A stretch of 20,000 nt of DNA from IMG/VR virus record IMGVR_UViG_2563367173_000013; one strand, given 5' to 3'. Origin of the DNA: an uncultured virus (IMG/VR IMGVR_UViG_2563367173_000013). Lineage: Duplodnaviria > Heunggongvirae > Uroviricota > Caudoviricetes. The position numbers and the translations under genes were made by a program. Below, in pieces: positions 1-8,741 of the stretch (position 1 is its first letter; each line of letters starts with the position of its first letter). The notes under the pieces are model-generated. The model was not told where the DNA came from. It saw only the letters and a program-made list of their open reading frames with translations, and did no database searches.

Positions 1-210
1 CACACAACATTTTTCTTCTTTTGAAAGCTTATCCTGCACATCAAACAACTCTTCAAACAAATCATTTGAAGTACTTACTCAATATAAATAGCCTTCATTA
101 TCAATAATCTTATCATAATTATCAATTGTATATAAACATTTACAATTTTTACACTCCTGCTCAATGTCATCGTCAGTTCTCAATATTTTTTCATCTATAA
201 TCTTCAACAT
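1..210 (-). pseudogene. Small Cys-rich hypothetical protein interrupted by an in-frame TGA (79-81); the frame continues to the window edge
   Basis: RBS GGAGGTG (226-220) and ATG at 210 give MLKIIDEKILRTDDDIEQECKNCKCLYTIDNYDKIIDNEGYLY*VSTSNDLFEELFDVQDKLSKEEKCCV...; 26 sense codons follow the TGA. Confidence 0.55.
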
Positions 211-367
211 ATATCTAGTCACCTCCGCGTTATACCATTATGCTTATTGTACAACCTCAGTTTTCCGTTTCAGTTGTCCGTCAAAAGACACATCTTTCTT
301 CGTTCCGTAATCTATGTTTTGCTGATGTAAAACATGAAACTGACAAAGTTCAATCATCTTTCAAATC

Positions 368-1900
368 TTATATATTCAAAAGCGTCCCCGCATATTTCAG
401 CACATTCACTTTCTCCACCGCTTCTCTATTTCCCACAATATTAGCCCCCAACGCACCTGCAATATTCCCCATAAAAGTTCCCAACTCTACAGATGCACCA
501 GCCGCTGCATACAACCCGGCAAGAGAATAAAACGCATCCCCAGCCCCTATCGTATCCTTCACCGATAACGTAAATGCCGGACAATCATATATTTTCTGAT
601 CCTCTATTCCATAAGCACCAAATGACCCTCGTGTAAGCCAGCCATTTCCTCCCAAATATTCACTAAGTTTTTTCAATGCATAATTTTCATTTGCTATATA
701 CATTGGAAACGCAAGCTTTAATTCCTTCTGATCCAACGTAAATACATCAGCTCTATGATACTTTGTAATAACATTCAGTCCATAATTTGTCGAATTTGTC
801 TGACAGTTCAAAACCAGATATTTCGCTCTCTGCTGTATAATTTCTCCCGCTTTTTCATCTATCAGACCATGACCAAAATCACATAAAAACACAACGTCAA
901 ACTCTTCAATTCTATCCAAAAGTCCTCTATAAAATTCTTCTCTGGCCTCTTCTTCATATTCCATTCGTTCCGGAATATTATTAATCGAAAATATTTTTCT
1001 GTATTCTTCTCTTTTTTCATTTCTTGTAAGATAACGGTGTTTTACAATTGTAGGAAATTTATTACTATACGTTAACTTCAAACGCATCTTATCCGCAAGG
1101 CCATCAAAAAGTTTTAATCGCATTTCTTCTTCATTTCCTACAATCGACATTAAAGTCACATTCTCTGTAAAACTGCTAAGATGTCTTGCTACAGCTGCAG
1201 CACCACCAAGATACTCTTCGGAATATTCCAGTTTCGACGAATATCCCATATCCTTGCTCATCAGTCCATGTACAATGCAGTAAGTATATTTATCTATAAT
1301 TATATCTCCTACAACAAGTACCTTGAGCTTTTCGGCTTTTTCTGCATATTTTTTAATGTCTTCCATGGAATATTTTTTTACAAATTGCTCCATATATTGT
1401 ATAACATCTTCCGGAAGTCCGGATAATGCTGTGTTGATCAATTTCGTCGAGCTGAATACCTGTCCTGATGTATATGCTACCTTTCCCCCATGTAACTCAA
1501 CTAACTCTCTTTCAGCAGTAATCTTCCCTGTAATATCTTCACTCTCTTTTGCGTATTCTTCCCCTTTAATATAAAGATCCGGCTCTACGTTTTCTACAAT
1601 ATCATCTACCGTATAACCTTCTGAAAGCATTACATAATCTACATACTCTAATGCTTCCAATACTTTCAGGCGCATCTCGTCATTAAAATATGGTCTCCCA
1701 GGGCCTTTCCGCACAAATTCAGCTGCCGTGATGGACACAACCAAAATGTCCGCCATCTGTTTCGCCTGCTGCAGATGTATAATATGTCCCGGATGTACCA
1801 GATCAAATACACCGTGACAAAGAGCTATCTGCTTGCCTTCTTTTTTTAATTTTGGCCTTATTTGTGTTTTGAACACAAGCTTGTCCACTATTTTTCCCAT
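368..1900 (-). CDS. Bifunctional nucleotidyltransferase (N-term) / PfkB sugar kinase (C-term), HldE/RfaE-like with reversed domain order
   Basis: N-term HGVFDLVHPGH, KGPGRP, KGEEY, FSST; C-term GDIIIDKY, GGAAAVA, TRG, DTIGAGDAF; co-operonic with gmhA/gmhB-like genes. Confidence 0.85.
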   Translation of the reverse strand: MGKIVDKLVFKTQIRPKLKKEGKQIALCHGVFDLVHPGHIIHLQQAKQMADILVVSITAAEFVRKGPGRPYFNDEMRLKVLEALEYVDYVMLSEGYTVDDIVENVEPDLYIKGEEYAKESEDITGKITAERELVELHGGKVAYTSGQVFSSTKLINTALSGLPEDVIQYMEQFVKKYSMEDIKKYAEKAEKLKVLVVGDIIIDKYTYCIVHGLMSKDMGYSSKLEYSEEYLGGAAAVARHLSSFTENVTLMSIVGNEEEMRLKLFDGLADKMRLKLTYSNKFPTIVKHRYLTRNEKREEYRKIFSINNIPERMEYEEEAREEFYRGLLDRIEEFDVVFLCDFGHGLIDEKAGEIIQQRAKYLVLNCQTNSTNYGLNVITKYHRADVFTLDQKELKLAFPMYIANENYALKKLSEYLGGNGWLTRGSFGAYGIEDQKIYDCPAFTLSVKDTIGAGDAFYSLAGLYAAAGASVELGTFMGNIAGALGANIVGNREAVEKVNVLKYAGTLLNI

Positions 1901-1915
1901 TTGCAGTCTATCCTT

Positions 1916-2902
1916 TTATTTTCCAAGATATTTAAACCAATCTTCTGTCGCTTCTCCTATGCTGTCTGGTGTCCATACAGGCGCTTCACGCCAATAATCA
2001 ATATTGTCCAGCACCTTCTTTACGCCTTCCTCGAATGTAACTTTTGCTTTCCATCCCAATATTTGCTCAATCTTGGCAGTGTCCGCAAAGGTGCAATCCG
2101 GTTCTCCCGGCCGCTTTGGAATATGTACAATTTCTCCCTCTAACAACTCACACAAACGATTGACGGAATAAGTTCCTCCACTGCCTACATTGAAAGTTTC
2201 CTGTACTACATCCGACATTGCTGCCGTATAAAATGCATCTGCAATATCAGTCACATATGTGAAATCTCTGGTCTGATTCCCATCTCCCACAACAGTAAAT
2301 GGATTTTCTGCCAACTTTTGTGCCAAAAATACGCCAAACACCGCACCGTATGTTCCTGATGTCCTTGATCTCGTGCCATATACATTAAACAATCTAAGTG
2401 TAATCACCGGCAGGTGATACACCTGTCCCCAATGCAAGACTGTTTCTTCTCCCAGTCTTTTCGTAAGTGCATAAGGATATTGTGGTCTGATTTCTGCTGT
2501 TTCTTTTGTCGGATATTCATCAGGAATCCCATAACAGGAAGAGGATGCTGCATAAACGAGTTTTTTGATTCCCTTGTTTTTAGCACATTCAACTACATTG
2601 AAAGTACCTAGCACATTTGATGAATAATAATCCCATGGTCTCTGAATAGAAGGAACAATATCTGCCAATGCTGCAAAATGAAATACATAATCCACATCAT
2701 TGAAAATCGGTTCTATTTCCTCTTTATTTCGAATATCCATATGATATACCGATAACATCTTATTATTTTTCTGATGATCCAGATTTTCAGGCCGTCCTGT
2801 CGTCCAGTTATCAATTACCCTGACCTCGTGTCCTTCTGCCAGTAATCTATCCACCATATGTGAACCAATAAAACCGCATCCACCTGTTACTAATGATATC
2901 AT
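1916..2902 (-). CDS. NAD-dependent nucleotide-sugar epimerase/dehydratase (extended SDR)
   Basis: TGGCGFIGSH, ASSSCYG, YALTK, RLFNVYG, GDGNQTRDF; GGAGG (2913-2909) favours the ATG at 2902. Confidence 0.9.
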   Translation of the reverse strand: MISLVTGGCGFIGSHMVDRLLAEGHEVRVIDNWTTGRPENLDHQKNNKMLSVYHMDIRNKEEIEPIFNDVDYVFHFAALADIVPSIQRPWDYYSSNVLGTFNVVECAKNKGIKKLVYAASSSCYGIPDEYPTKETAEIRPQYPYALTKRLGEETVLHWGQVYHLPVITLRLFNVYGTRSRTSGTYGAVFGVFLAQKLAENPFTVVGDGNQTRDFTYVTDIADAFYTAAMSDVVQETFNVGSGGTYSVNRLCELLEGEIVHIPKRPGEPDCTFADTAKIEQILGWKAKVTFEEGVKKVLDNIDYWREAPVWTPDSIGEATEDWFKYLGK

Positions 2903-2914
2903 AAGCATCCTCCA

Positions 2915-3448
2915 TCACAATATTTTTATAACATCCGTTAAATCTTCAAAGATGAAATCCGGCTTTACATTCTTCTCCAGCCGCGCTGTTCCATAGCCGG
3001 ATTCCAGCAAAATCGTCCGTATACCTATATTTTGCCCGGCAATGATATCTCCTGCCCTGTCTCCCACCATGTAAGAATGTTCCATATCTATCACAAAATC
3101 CCTACAGGCCATATCAAACATTCCCTTTTGAGGCTTACGACAATTGCAGCCTGCATCCGGATGATGTGGGCAGTAGTACACAGCATCTACCCCGGTTTGC
3201 AATATCAGGTACCGATTCATTTCCTGTAATACTTTTTCTGTAAGTAATCCCCTTGCAATACCACTTTGGTTTGTAATAACAATGGCATAATATCCCTTAT
3301 TATGTATTCTTTTTATACAATCTGCTGCATATGGGAAGATTTTAAAATCTTCCATTACAGTAATATAACTCTTTTCTTCGGTTAAAACTCCATCACGATC
3401 CAAAAATACGGCAGGTTTTAAAAAAACAGACGATTCTTCCATACACAT
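2915..3448 (-). CDS. gmhB: D,D-heptose-1,7-bisphosphate phosphatase-like HAD enzyme
   Basis: FLDRDGVL, ITNQSGIARG, CPHHP...CNCRKP Zn motif, MVGDR. Confidence 0.85.
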   Translation of the reverse strand: MCMEESSVFLKPAVFLDRDGVLTEEKSYITVMEDFKIFPYAADCIKRIHNKGYYAIVITNQSGIARGLLTEKVLQEMNRYLILQTGVDAVYYCPHHPDAGCNCRKPQKGMFDMACRDFVIDMEHSYMVGDRAGDIIAGQNIGIRTILLESGYGTARLEKNVKPDFIFEDLTDVIKIL

Positions 3449-3449
3449 A

Positions 3450-4028
3450 TCAGAATTTTACTCCATCTCTCTCCATAATCATGTCTACAATCTGCTGAAG
3501 TATTAAGTTATGAATGGATTCAACAATTCCATATTTTTTACAGGGAACATATACATTTATATTACCCAATTGTTTTAACTGATTATCTTCTTCAAAACCG
3601 GTAAATGTAATTATTTCTGCTTTCTTTAATTTTGCTGTTTCTACTGCATTGATAATATTTTTTGAATTACCTGAACTGCTAATGGCTACTATTAAATCAT
3701 CTTCTCTAATTAAAAATTGTAACGGTCTTGAAAAGATATATTCATAACCATAGTCATTACCCATACAGGTTGTTACTGCCTGATCATATAGACTATATGT
3801 ATTCATTCCGCCATTTTTCATAAAATCAGCTGTCATATGACTGGCTATCGCAGAACTTCCTCCGTTTCCAATAAAAAACAACTGCGATTGATTTTTTTTA
3901 TGCTTTGTAAACGCATCCAGTAACATCTGAACTGCTTCATTATAATTATCACATAGTTTCCCAGTTCCATTCCAAAATTCAGTTGCTTCCAATTTTCCAA
4001 TTAATTCATTAATATAGCAATTATCCAT
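3450..4028 (-). CDS. gmhA: SIS-domain phosphosugar isomerase, divergent GmhA-like
   Basis: GNGGSSAIASH, GNDYGYEYIFSR, ISSSGNSKNI, TGF motifs; first gene of the operon. Confidence 0.75.
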   Translation of the reverse strand: MDNCYINELIGKLEATEFWNGTGKLCDNYNEAVQMLLDAFTKHKKNQSQLFFIGNGGSSAIASHMTADFMKNGGMNTYSLYDQAVTTCMGNDYGYEYIFSRPLQFLIREDDLIVAISSSGNSKNIINAVETAKLKKAEIITFTGFEEDNQLKQLGNINVYVPCKKYGIVESIHNLILQQIVDMIMERDGVKF

Positions 4029-4114
4029 CTATCATTCTCTCTGTCTTCTTAAATATAAAGCAAGATTATTTAATTAATACATTGATCTTTCAAAAATAGC
4101 AATATTTACCACAT

Positions 4115-4149
4115 ATAAAAAAGTCCATGAATATACTTCATGAACTTTT
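4115..4149 (-). terminator. Intrinsic terminator upstream of the gmhA-like gene
   Basis: Minus strand AAAAGTTCATGAA-GTATA-TTCATGGACTTTT (one G-U pair) ending in a T run. Confidence 0.7.
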
Positions 4150-4228
4150 ATGCCTATTATAACTTCAATTCCTTATATATGCATCCTGCATATCAGCATT
4201 CATCCATGAATATCAGAATTTTTATATT
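4115..4228 (-). ncRNA. Putative sigma28-dependent small RNA or leader RNA with GGA-loop hairpins (CsrA-binding type)
   Basis: Lies between the sigma28 promoter and the terminator; hairpins ATTCA-TGGA-TGAAT (4211-4198) and ATATGC-AGGAT-GCATAT (4193-4177), a further AAGGAA near 4170, and no ORF of meaningful length. Confidence 0.5.
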
Positions 4229-4233
4229 ATAAC

Positions 4234-4261
4234 ATATCGGCAATAACCCTGTAAATCTTTA
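4234..4261 (-). promoter_or_regulatory. sigma28 (FliA/SigD) promoter
   Basis: TAAA (4261-4258)-N16-GCCGATAT (4241-4234) in an intergenic region; matches the B. subtilis sigmaD consensus. Confidence 0.8.
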
Positions 4262-4304
4262 GATAACAATTTCTGTTTCCTTTATTTTACATGAAACTAC
4301 TGAT

Positions 4305-6041
4305 TTATATCTTTCTGTCAAAATTTTCTTTTCCAATCAATACCCTATTCCCACAAAAAGCAAACCCATACTTTCGTATACGCCCTCTCTCAATTCCTTT
4401 CCGAATCAAAATCTCCTCATACCGCTTCTTCTCTATCTGCATTAACGCAGCGTTCACCGTATCCTCCAGCGCTTTTTCCCCATGCTCTTGATCCTGCACC
4501 TTAAATTCCAAAATAAACGCATTATCATTTTGTTTCTTTGGCTCAAACATTACGTCATACCTTCCAAATCCACTTTCTCTGTTAGAAGTTATCACATATC
4601 TGTCATTCAGCTCAATCATCAGTCCCAGAACAAAACCATGATAAAAACATTCCGGCTCACTAACCGACGGCTTCTTTCCCGTATCAAAACAACTGAATGT
4701 TCCAAGCGCTACTTTATTCATATATATGTTCATTGCGCTTACATCGTTTTTAAGAAATGCCTTAATAAAATCATTATAATCTGATATTTGTCCGACAAAC
4801 CACCCATGTATCATTCTGCCAAACATCAATTTTACTTCCAGATTGGTAATCGCCAGTTCATATTTAAGTACATGTGTAGTAAATCCGACAGGATTTTGTT
4901 CTTCCACATTCAAAACTTTCAGATATCCACTTGCCAGCAAAAGTCCCCAGATCGCAGACTCGTCGTCGTTAAGCATGTTATACGCAACCTGTTCATCAAT
5001 AAATGTTTCAAAATGTCCACCTGAAAGAAGCTGTTCAAATGACTGCTTAAGATCTCGCGACCCCTTTTGAATTAATTTTCCAATGAAATCATTGGAACTT
5101 GTATTTGCCCAATAAGTACGCAATTTTCCTGTATCCAGATAATTGATGACAGACCATGGATTATAAATATCCGTTTTATTTCCAAATGTATAACCGTCAT
5201 ACCATAGTTTTACTTTTGATTGTTCATCAGACATTCCAAATTGCTTCAATGCAGCAAAAACTTCTTCTTCTGTAAATCCAAAACTATCAGCATATTCATC
5301 AGACGTCGTTGTAATCACTTTCAGATTGTTGAGATCCGAAAAAACAGATTCTTTACTTACTCGCGTTATCCCGGTCATAACCGACCGATCCATATACGGA
5401 TTTGTCTTAAATGTGGAATGAAACAAACTTCTGATAAATTTCGACAATTGATCCCAATATCCATGAACATATGCTTCCTGCATTGGAGTATCATATTCAT
5501 CCAGTAAAATAATTACTTTCTTTTTGTAGTAACGAGAAAGAAAGTCTGACATCTTGTGAATTGCCCATACTGCTGTTGTTTCTTTCATCTCACTGTTTAC
5601 ACTGCGAAAGTACATCTTTTCATTTTCCGTTAACAGATCCCCTTCAAGCAAAAAAATATTTTTATTATATAAATCCTCTATAATCCAATTCACAGACTGC
5701 CTGATCTTTTCATAATCTGTTTCCTTCACATTTGCAAACGACAGACTTATTACCGGATAAGATCCCTGTAGTGTACGATAATTTTCATCTTTCCATATGG
5801 AAAATTTTTGAAACAGTTCGCTTCGCCCGGCATACTTTAATGAAAAAAATTTTTCCAGCATACTCATATTCAAAGTTTTTCCAAATCTTCGTGGACGGGT
5901 AATTAATGTAACAATATCTTTACTCTCCCACCATTCTTTAATAAACATTGTCTTATCAATATAAAAATTGTCATCCAAAACCAACTGCTCAAAATCCTGA
6001 TGACCAATCCCTACCACTTTTTTTACCGTACACTCACCCAC
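4305..6041 (-). CDS. AAA-ATPase-like protein with C-terminal PD-(D/E)XK nuclease domain (DUF1703/PDDEXK_9 type)
   Basis: RPRRFGKT Walker A, IILLDEYDTP Walker B, YNPWS, SNRESGFGRYD...ILEFK, ALMQIEKKRY; GGAGGTG (6053-6047) favours the GTG at 6041. Confidence 0.9.
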   Translation of the reverse strand: MGECTVKKVVGIGHQDFEQLVLDDNFYIDKTMFIKEWWESKDIVTLITRPRRFGKTLNMSMLEKFFSLKYAGRSELFQKFSIWKDENYRTLQGSYPVISLSFANVKETDYEKIRQSVNWIIEDLYNKNIFLLEGDLLTENEKMYFRSVNSEMKETTAVWAIHKMSDFLSRYYKKKVIILLDEYDTPMQEAYVHGYWDQLSKFIRSLFHSTFKTNPYMDRSVMTGITRVSKESVFSDLNNLKVITTTSDEYADSFGFTEEEVFAALKQFGMSDEQSKVKLWYDGYTFGNKTDIYNPWSVINYLDTGKLRTYWANTSSNDFIGKLIQKGSRDLKQSFEQLLSGGHFETFIDEQVAYNMLNDDESAIWGLLLASGYLKVLNVEEQNPVGFTTHVLKYELAITNLEVKLMFGRMIHGWFVGQISDYNDFIKAFLKNDVSAMNIYMNKVALGTFSCFDTGKKPSVSEPECFYHGFVLGLMIELNDRYVITSNRESGFGRYDVMFEPKKQNDNAFILEFKVQDQEHGEKALEDTVNAALMQIEKKRYEEILIRKGIERGRIRKYGFAFCGNRVLIGKENFDRKI

Positions 6042-6077
6042 AAAGCCACCTCCAGCTTCTCTCAATCCGAAGTATTA

Positions 6078-6167
6078 TCAGCCGTCTTTTTCTGCCCTCA
6101 CATCATCCGAAATAGCTTCATACCGATCAATAGTAATTCTCTCAGAACATGGCTGTAATGCCGGCAT
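6078..6167 (-). pseudogene. 29-aa ORF, probable N-terminal remnant of a Uma2-family endonuclease
   Basis: RBS AAAGGGAG then MPALQPCSERITIDRYEAISDDVRAEKDG*; resembles, from memory, the 'T..dy.alp...RAELIDG' start of Uma2 proteins. Confidence 0.45.
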
Positions 6168-6198
6168 CAAAACACTCCCTTTCTCAAATTTCCTTTCG

Positions 6199-6369
6199 TT
6201 ATTCACTTTCTGATCGTGAAGCCATTTTTATAAGACCTCGCATATATGCCTGAACAAGTTTTTGATTCTCCTCAGTTAAAAGATGATATTCAGCTATCAG
6301 CTGTTGATCGGAAACTGTCAATTGTTTCACTTCCACGTTTTTTTCATTACCGCATTCATATTCTCTCAT
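6199..6369 (-). CDS. 56-aa HTH-less paralog of the XRE C-terminal domain (putative antirepressor 1)
   Basis: RBS AAGGAG (6386-6381); MREYECGNEKNVEVKQLTVSDQQLIAEYHLLTEENQKLVQAYMRGLIKMASRSESE; 24/35 identical to the 8533-8718 product by manual alignment. Confidence 0.85.
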   Translation of the reverse strand: MREYECGNEKNVEVKQLTVSDQQLIAEYHLLTEENQKLVQAYMRGLIKMASRSESE

Positions 6370-6392
6370 TGTGTAATTTTCTCCTTCTCATT

Positions 6393-6456
6393 TGTATTAT
6401 ATTTTATATATTAATATATATTATAATTTTCCAAAAGATGTTAATATGTATTATAT
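6393..6456 (-). promoter_or_regulatory. Conserved upstream element, copy 1 (two ATATAATACA boxes 54 bp apart)
   Basis: TGTATTATAT on + at 6393-6402 and 6447-6456; the intervening sequence is similar to 8742-8806. Confidence 0.6.
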
Positions 6457-6593
6457 ATTAATATTTATATGTAATGCAATCTGACTTCCGAATCCGAATC
6501 TTATCATACGGATGTATTTTTGAAATTTTAATTGCAGCTATTTGTTACGATATGATAATATAATTCATATGAATCATCACGGAGGAAAAACAT

Positions 6594-7340
6594 ATGAATT
6601 CCAAAGATCATACAAGAACATATACCGTTATTCTTTCCGGCGGCATCGGCTCTCGATTAAAAGGAATAGATATTCCTAAACAGTATTATAAAATCTGCGG
6701 AAGAACGATTCTGAGCTACTGTCTGGAACAAATAGAACAAACGGAATGTATCAATGGCTACATCGTCATTGCTGTGGCAGAATGGCAGGACTTTATCTTA
6801 CAGGAAATAAAACAACTGCCGGCTACCGCATCCACAGGCTCAGCTGCATCTAAATTTCTGGGATTTGCTTTACCGGGTAAAAATCGACAGCAGTCTATCC
6901 TGCATGGACTGCAAAGTCTGAAAACAACTGCAAAAGATAACGATATTGTGTTAATTCAGGACGCTGTCAGACCGCTTACCTCCAAAACCCTGATTGTAAA
7001 CTGCATACAGGCTGCCGCAGGTGCGGACGGTGCAATGCCGATACTCCCAATGACAGATACCGTCTATTATAGTAAAGACGGAAAACAAGTAGATGCATTG
7101 TTAGATCGGGATAAAATTATTGCAGGACAGGCTCCGGAAGCATTTGTCTTTGGAGCATATCTGCGAGCAAATGAATCTTTATCAGAGGCTGAAATGCTGG
7201 CTGTCAGAGGCAGCACGGAACCGGCTATAAAGGCCGGCATGCGCATTGCATTATTGGATGGAGACGAACGGAATTTAAAAATTACAACCGAAAAAGATTT
7301 AAAACAATTTGAAAAACTATTGGAGGACCGCAGGATATGA
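6594..7340 (+). CDS. IspD/TarI-family cytidylyltransferase (probable alditol-phosphate cytidylyltransferase)
   Basis: LSGGIGSR...PKQY, RQQSI, QDAVRP, QAPEAF, NLKITT; GGAGG RBS; overlaps the next gene (ATGA). Confidence 0.88.
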   Translation: MNSKDHTRTYTVILSGGIGSRLKGIDIPKQYYKICGRTILSYCLEQIEQTECINGYIVIAVAEWQDFILQEIKQLPATASTGSAASKFLGFALPGKNRQQSILHGLQSLKTTAKDNDIVLIQDAVRPLTSKTLIVNCIQAAAGADGAMPILPMTDTVYYSKDGKQVDALLDRDKIIAGQAPEAFVFGAYLRANESLSEAEMLAVRGSTEPAIKAGMRIALLDGDERNLKITTEKDLKQFEKLLEDRRI

Positions 7341-8422
7341 AAGCTTATTCACTAAAAGGAATTGGACAGTTAGAATATGTAGATGTTCCAATGCCTGTCA
7401 TGCAAAGCGGCTGGGCTTTGGTACAGGTAGGCGCCGCCGGTATTTGCGGTTCCGATATACCTAGAATTTTCAGTACCGGTACATATCATTTTCCAACGAT
7501 TCCAGGCCATGAATTTTCCGGGAGAGTCGTTGATGTATTTGACAGGCAAAATCAACGTTGGATCGGCAAACGGGTTGGTATTTTCCCTCTCATTCCATGT
7601 AAAAAGTGTATGTCCTGCCAAAACAAAGAGTATGAAATGTGCAGCGATTACGATTATCTTGGTTCCAGACGAGACGGAGGCTTTGCGGAATACACGGCCG
7701 TTCCGGTATGGAATATGATCGAACTACCGGATAATATAAGTATGAACGAAGCTGCCATGCTGGAACCCGCAGCCGTTGCTCTCCATGCGGTAAGAAGAAT
7801 ACGGCTGCCGCACAACAGTGTTGTTGCGTTACTTGGTCTTGGAACAATTGGAATCATGATTACACAGTGGCTTCACATTTTTGGAATACATAAAGTCTAT
7901 ACTACCGGACATAATCCCGGTCATGGCTCACTCATGCAGCAGATTGTATCGGCGGACTATGAATACATCAATATTGATAATTCTCAAAACAAGGATATGC
8001 AAACCGTATCGGAAAACGAGGCTGTCTCTCAGATCATAGACAGTACAAAAGGGCAAGGTGTATCGATCGCTGTCGATTGTATCGGAACATCCGCTTCTTT
8101 GGACCAATGCATAAAATGTGTAAGGCCAGGCGGACAGATTTTAATCGTAGGAAATCCAAAAGAAAATATATTTTTAGACAAAGATATTTACTGGAAAATA
8201 CTGCGTAAACAAATTCATCTTACAGGAACATGGAACTCCTCCTTTTTTCATGATGCTAAAGACGACTGGCATCAGGTAATCGCGTCCGCAAGCAATAGAA
8301 CTTTCCAAATGTCTGCATTGATTACGCACCGGCTTTCTTTTGACAAGCTGCACCTGGGATTAGATATCGCGAGAAGCCATAATCAGTATCATAACAAAAT
8401 TATGATTTGCAATGATCTTTAA
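7337..8422 (+). CDS. Zn-dependent medium-chain sugar-alcohol(-phosphate) dehydrogenase (GatD/TarJ-like)
   Basis: GICGSD, GHEFSG, CKKCMSC...C structural Zn site, GLGTIG. Confidence 0.88.
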   Translation: MKAYSLKGIGQLEYVDVPMPVMQSGWALVQVGAAGICGSDIPRIFSTGTYHFPTIPGHEFSGRVVDVFDRQNQRWIGKRVGIFPLIPCKKCMSCQNKEYEMCSDYDYLGSRRDGGFAEYTAVPVWNMIELPDNISMNEAAMLEPAAVALHAVRRIRLPHNSVVALLGLGTIGIMITQWLHIFGIHKVYTTGHNPGHGSLMQQIVSADYEYINIDNSQNKDMQTVSENEAVSQIIDSTKGQGVSIAVDCIGTSASLDQCIKCVRPGGQILIVGNPKENIFLDKDIYWKILRKQIHLTGTWNSSFFHDAKDDWHQVIASASNRTFQMSALITHRLSFDKLHLGLDIARSHNQYHNKIMICNDL

Positions 8423-8431
8423 ATTATCAAA

Positions 8432-8471
8432 GCCTCAATCCATCACAATACTGTTTTTCATGGATTGAGGC
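8432..8471. terminator. Hairpin between convergent genes, likely bidirectional terminator
   Basis: GCCTCAATCCAT (8432-8443) / ATGGATTGAGGC (8460-8471), perfect 12-bp arms. Confidence 0.7.
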
Positions 8472-8532
8472 ACATTTGTTTCTGTTTATCCCATTTCAGA
8501 AATCATGAACAGAAACACACTTGAAAGCAGCT

Positions 8533-8718
8533 CTAATTTTCACCGGCTTGGTTACCAAATGAACCAGAAGCTTTTAACAATCCATGCACATATGCTTTCA
8601 CGAGTTTTTGATTATCATTTGGCAATTGATGAAATTCTGCTATCAGTTGCTGATCAGCGATTGTCAGCTGCTTTACTACAGCTCCTTCTTCATAACCGTA
8701 TTTCAAGTCTTCCTTCAT
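8533..8718 (-). CDS. 61-aa HTH-less paralog of the XRE C-terminal domain (putative antirepressor 2)
   Basis: RBS AAGGAGG; EEGAVVKQLTIADQQLIAEFHQLPNDNQKLVKAYVHGLLK is 25/40 identical to the XRE segment EEGTAVKKLTIADQRLLADFHRLPREEKKLLTAYMQGLLK. Confidence 0.88.
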   Translation of the reverse strand: MKEDLKYGYEEGAVVKQLTIADQQLIAEFHQLPNDNQKLVKAYVHGLLKASGSFGNQAGEN

Positions 8719-8741
8719 TGTATTGCATCAACCTCCTTTTA

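Noticed and set aside
6563..6574. Palindrome ATTCATATGAAT (partial match at 13525-13534) as an XRE operator
   Set aside because: Short and AT-rich; too few copies to distinguish from chance
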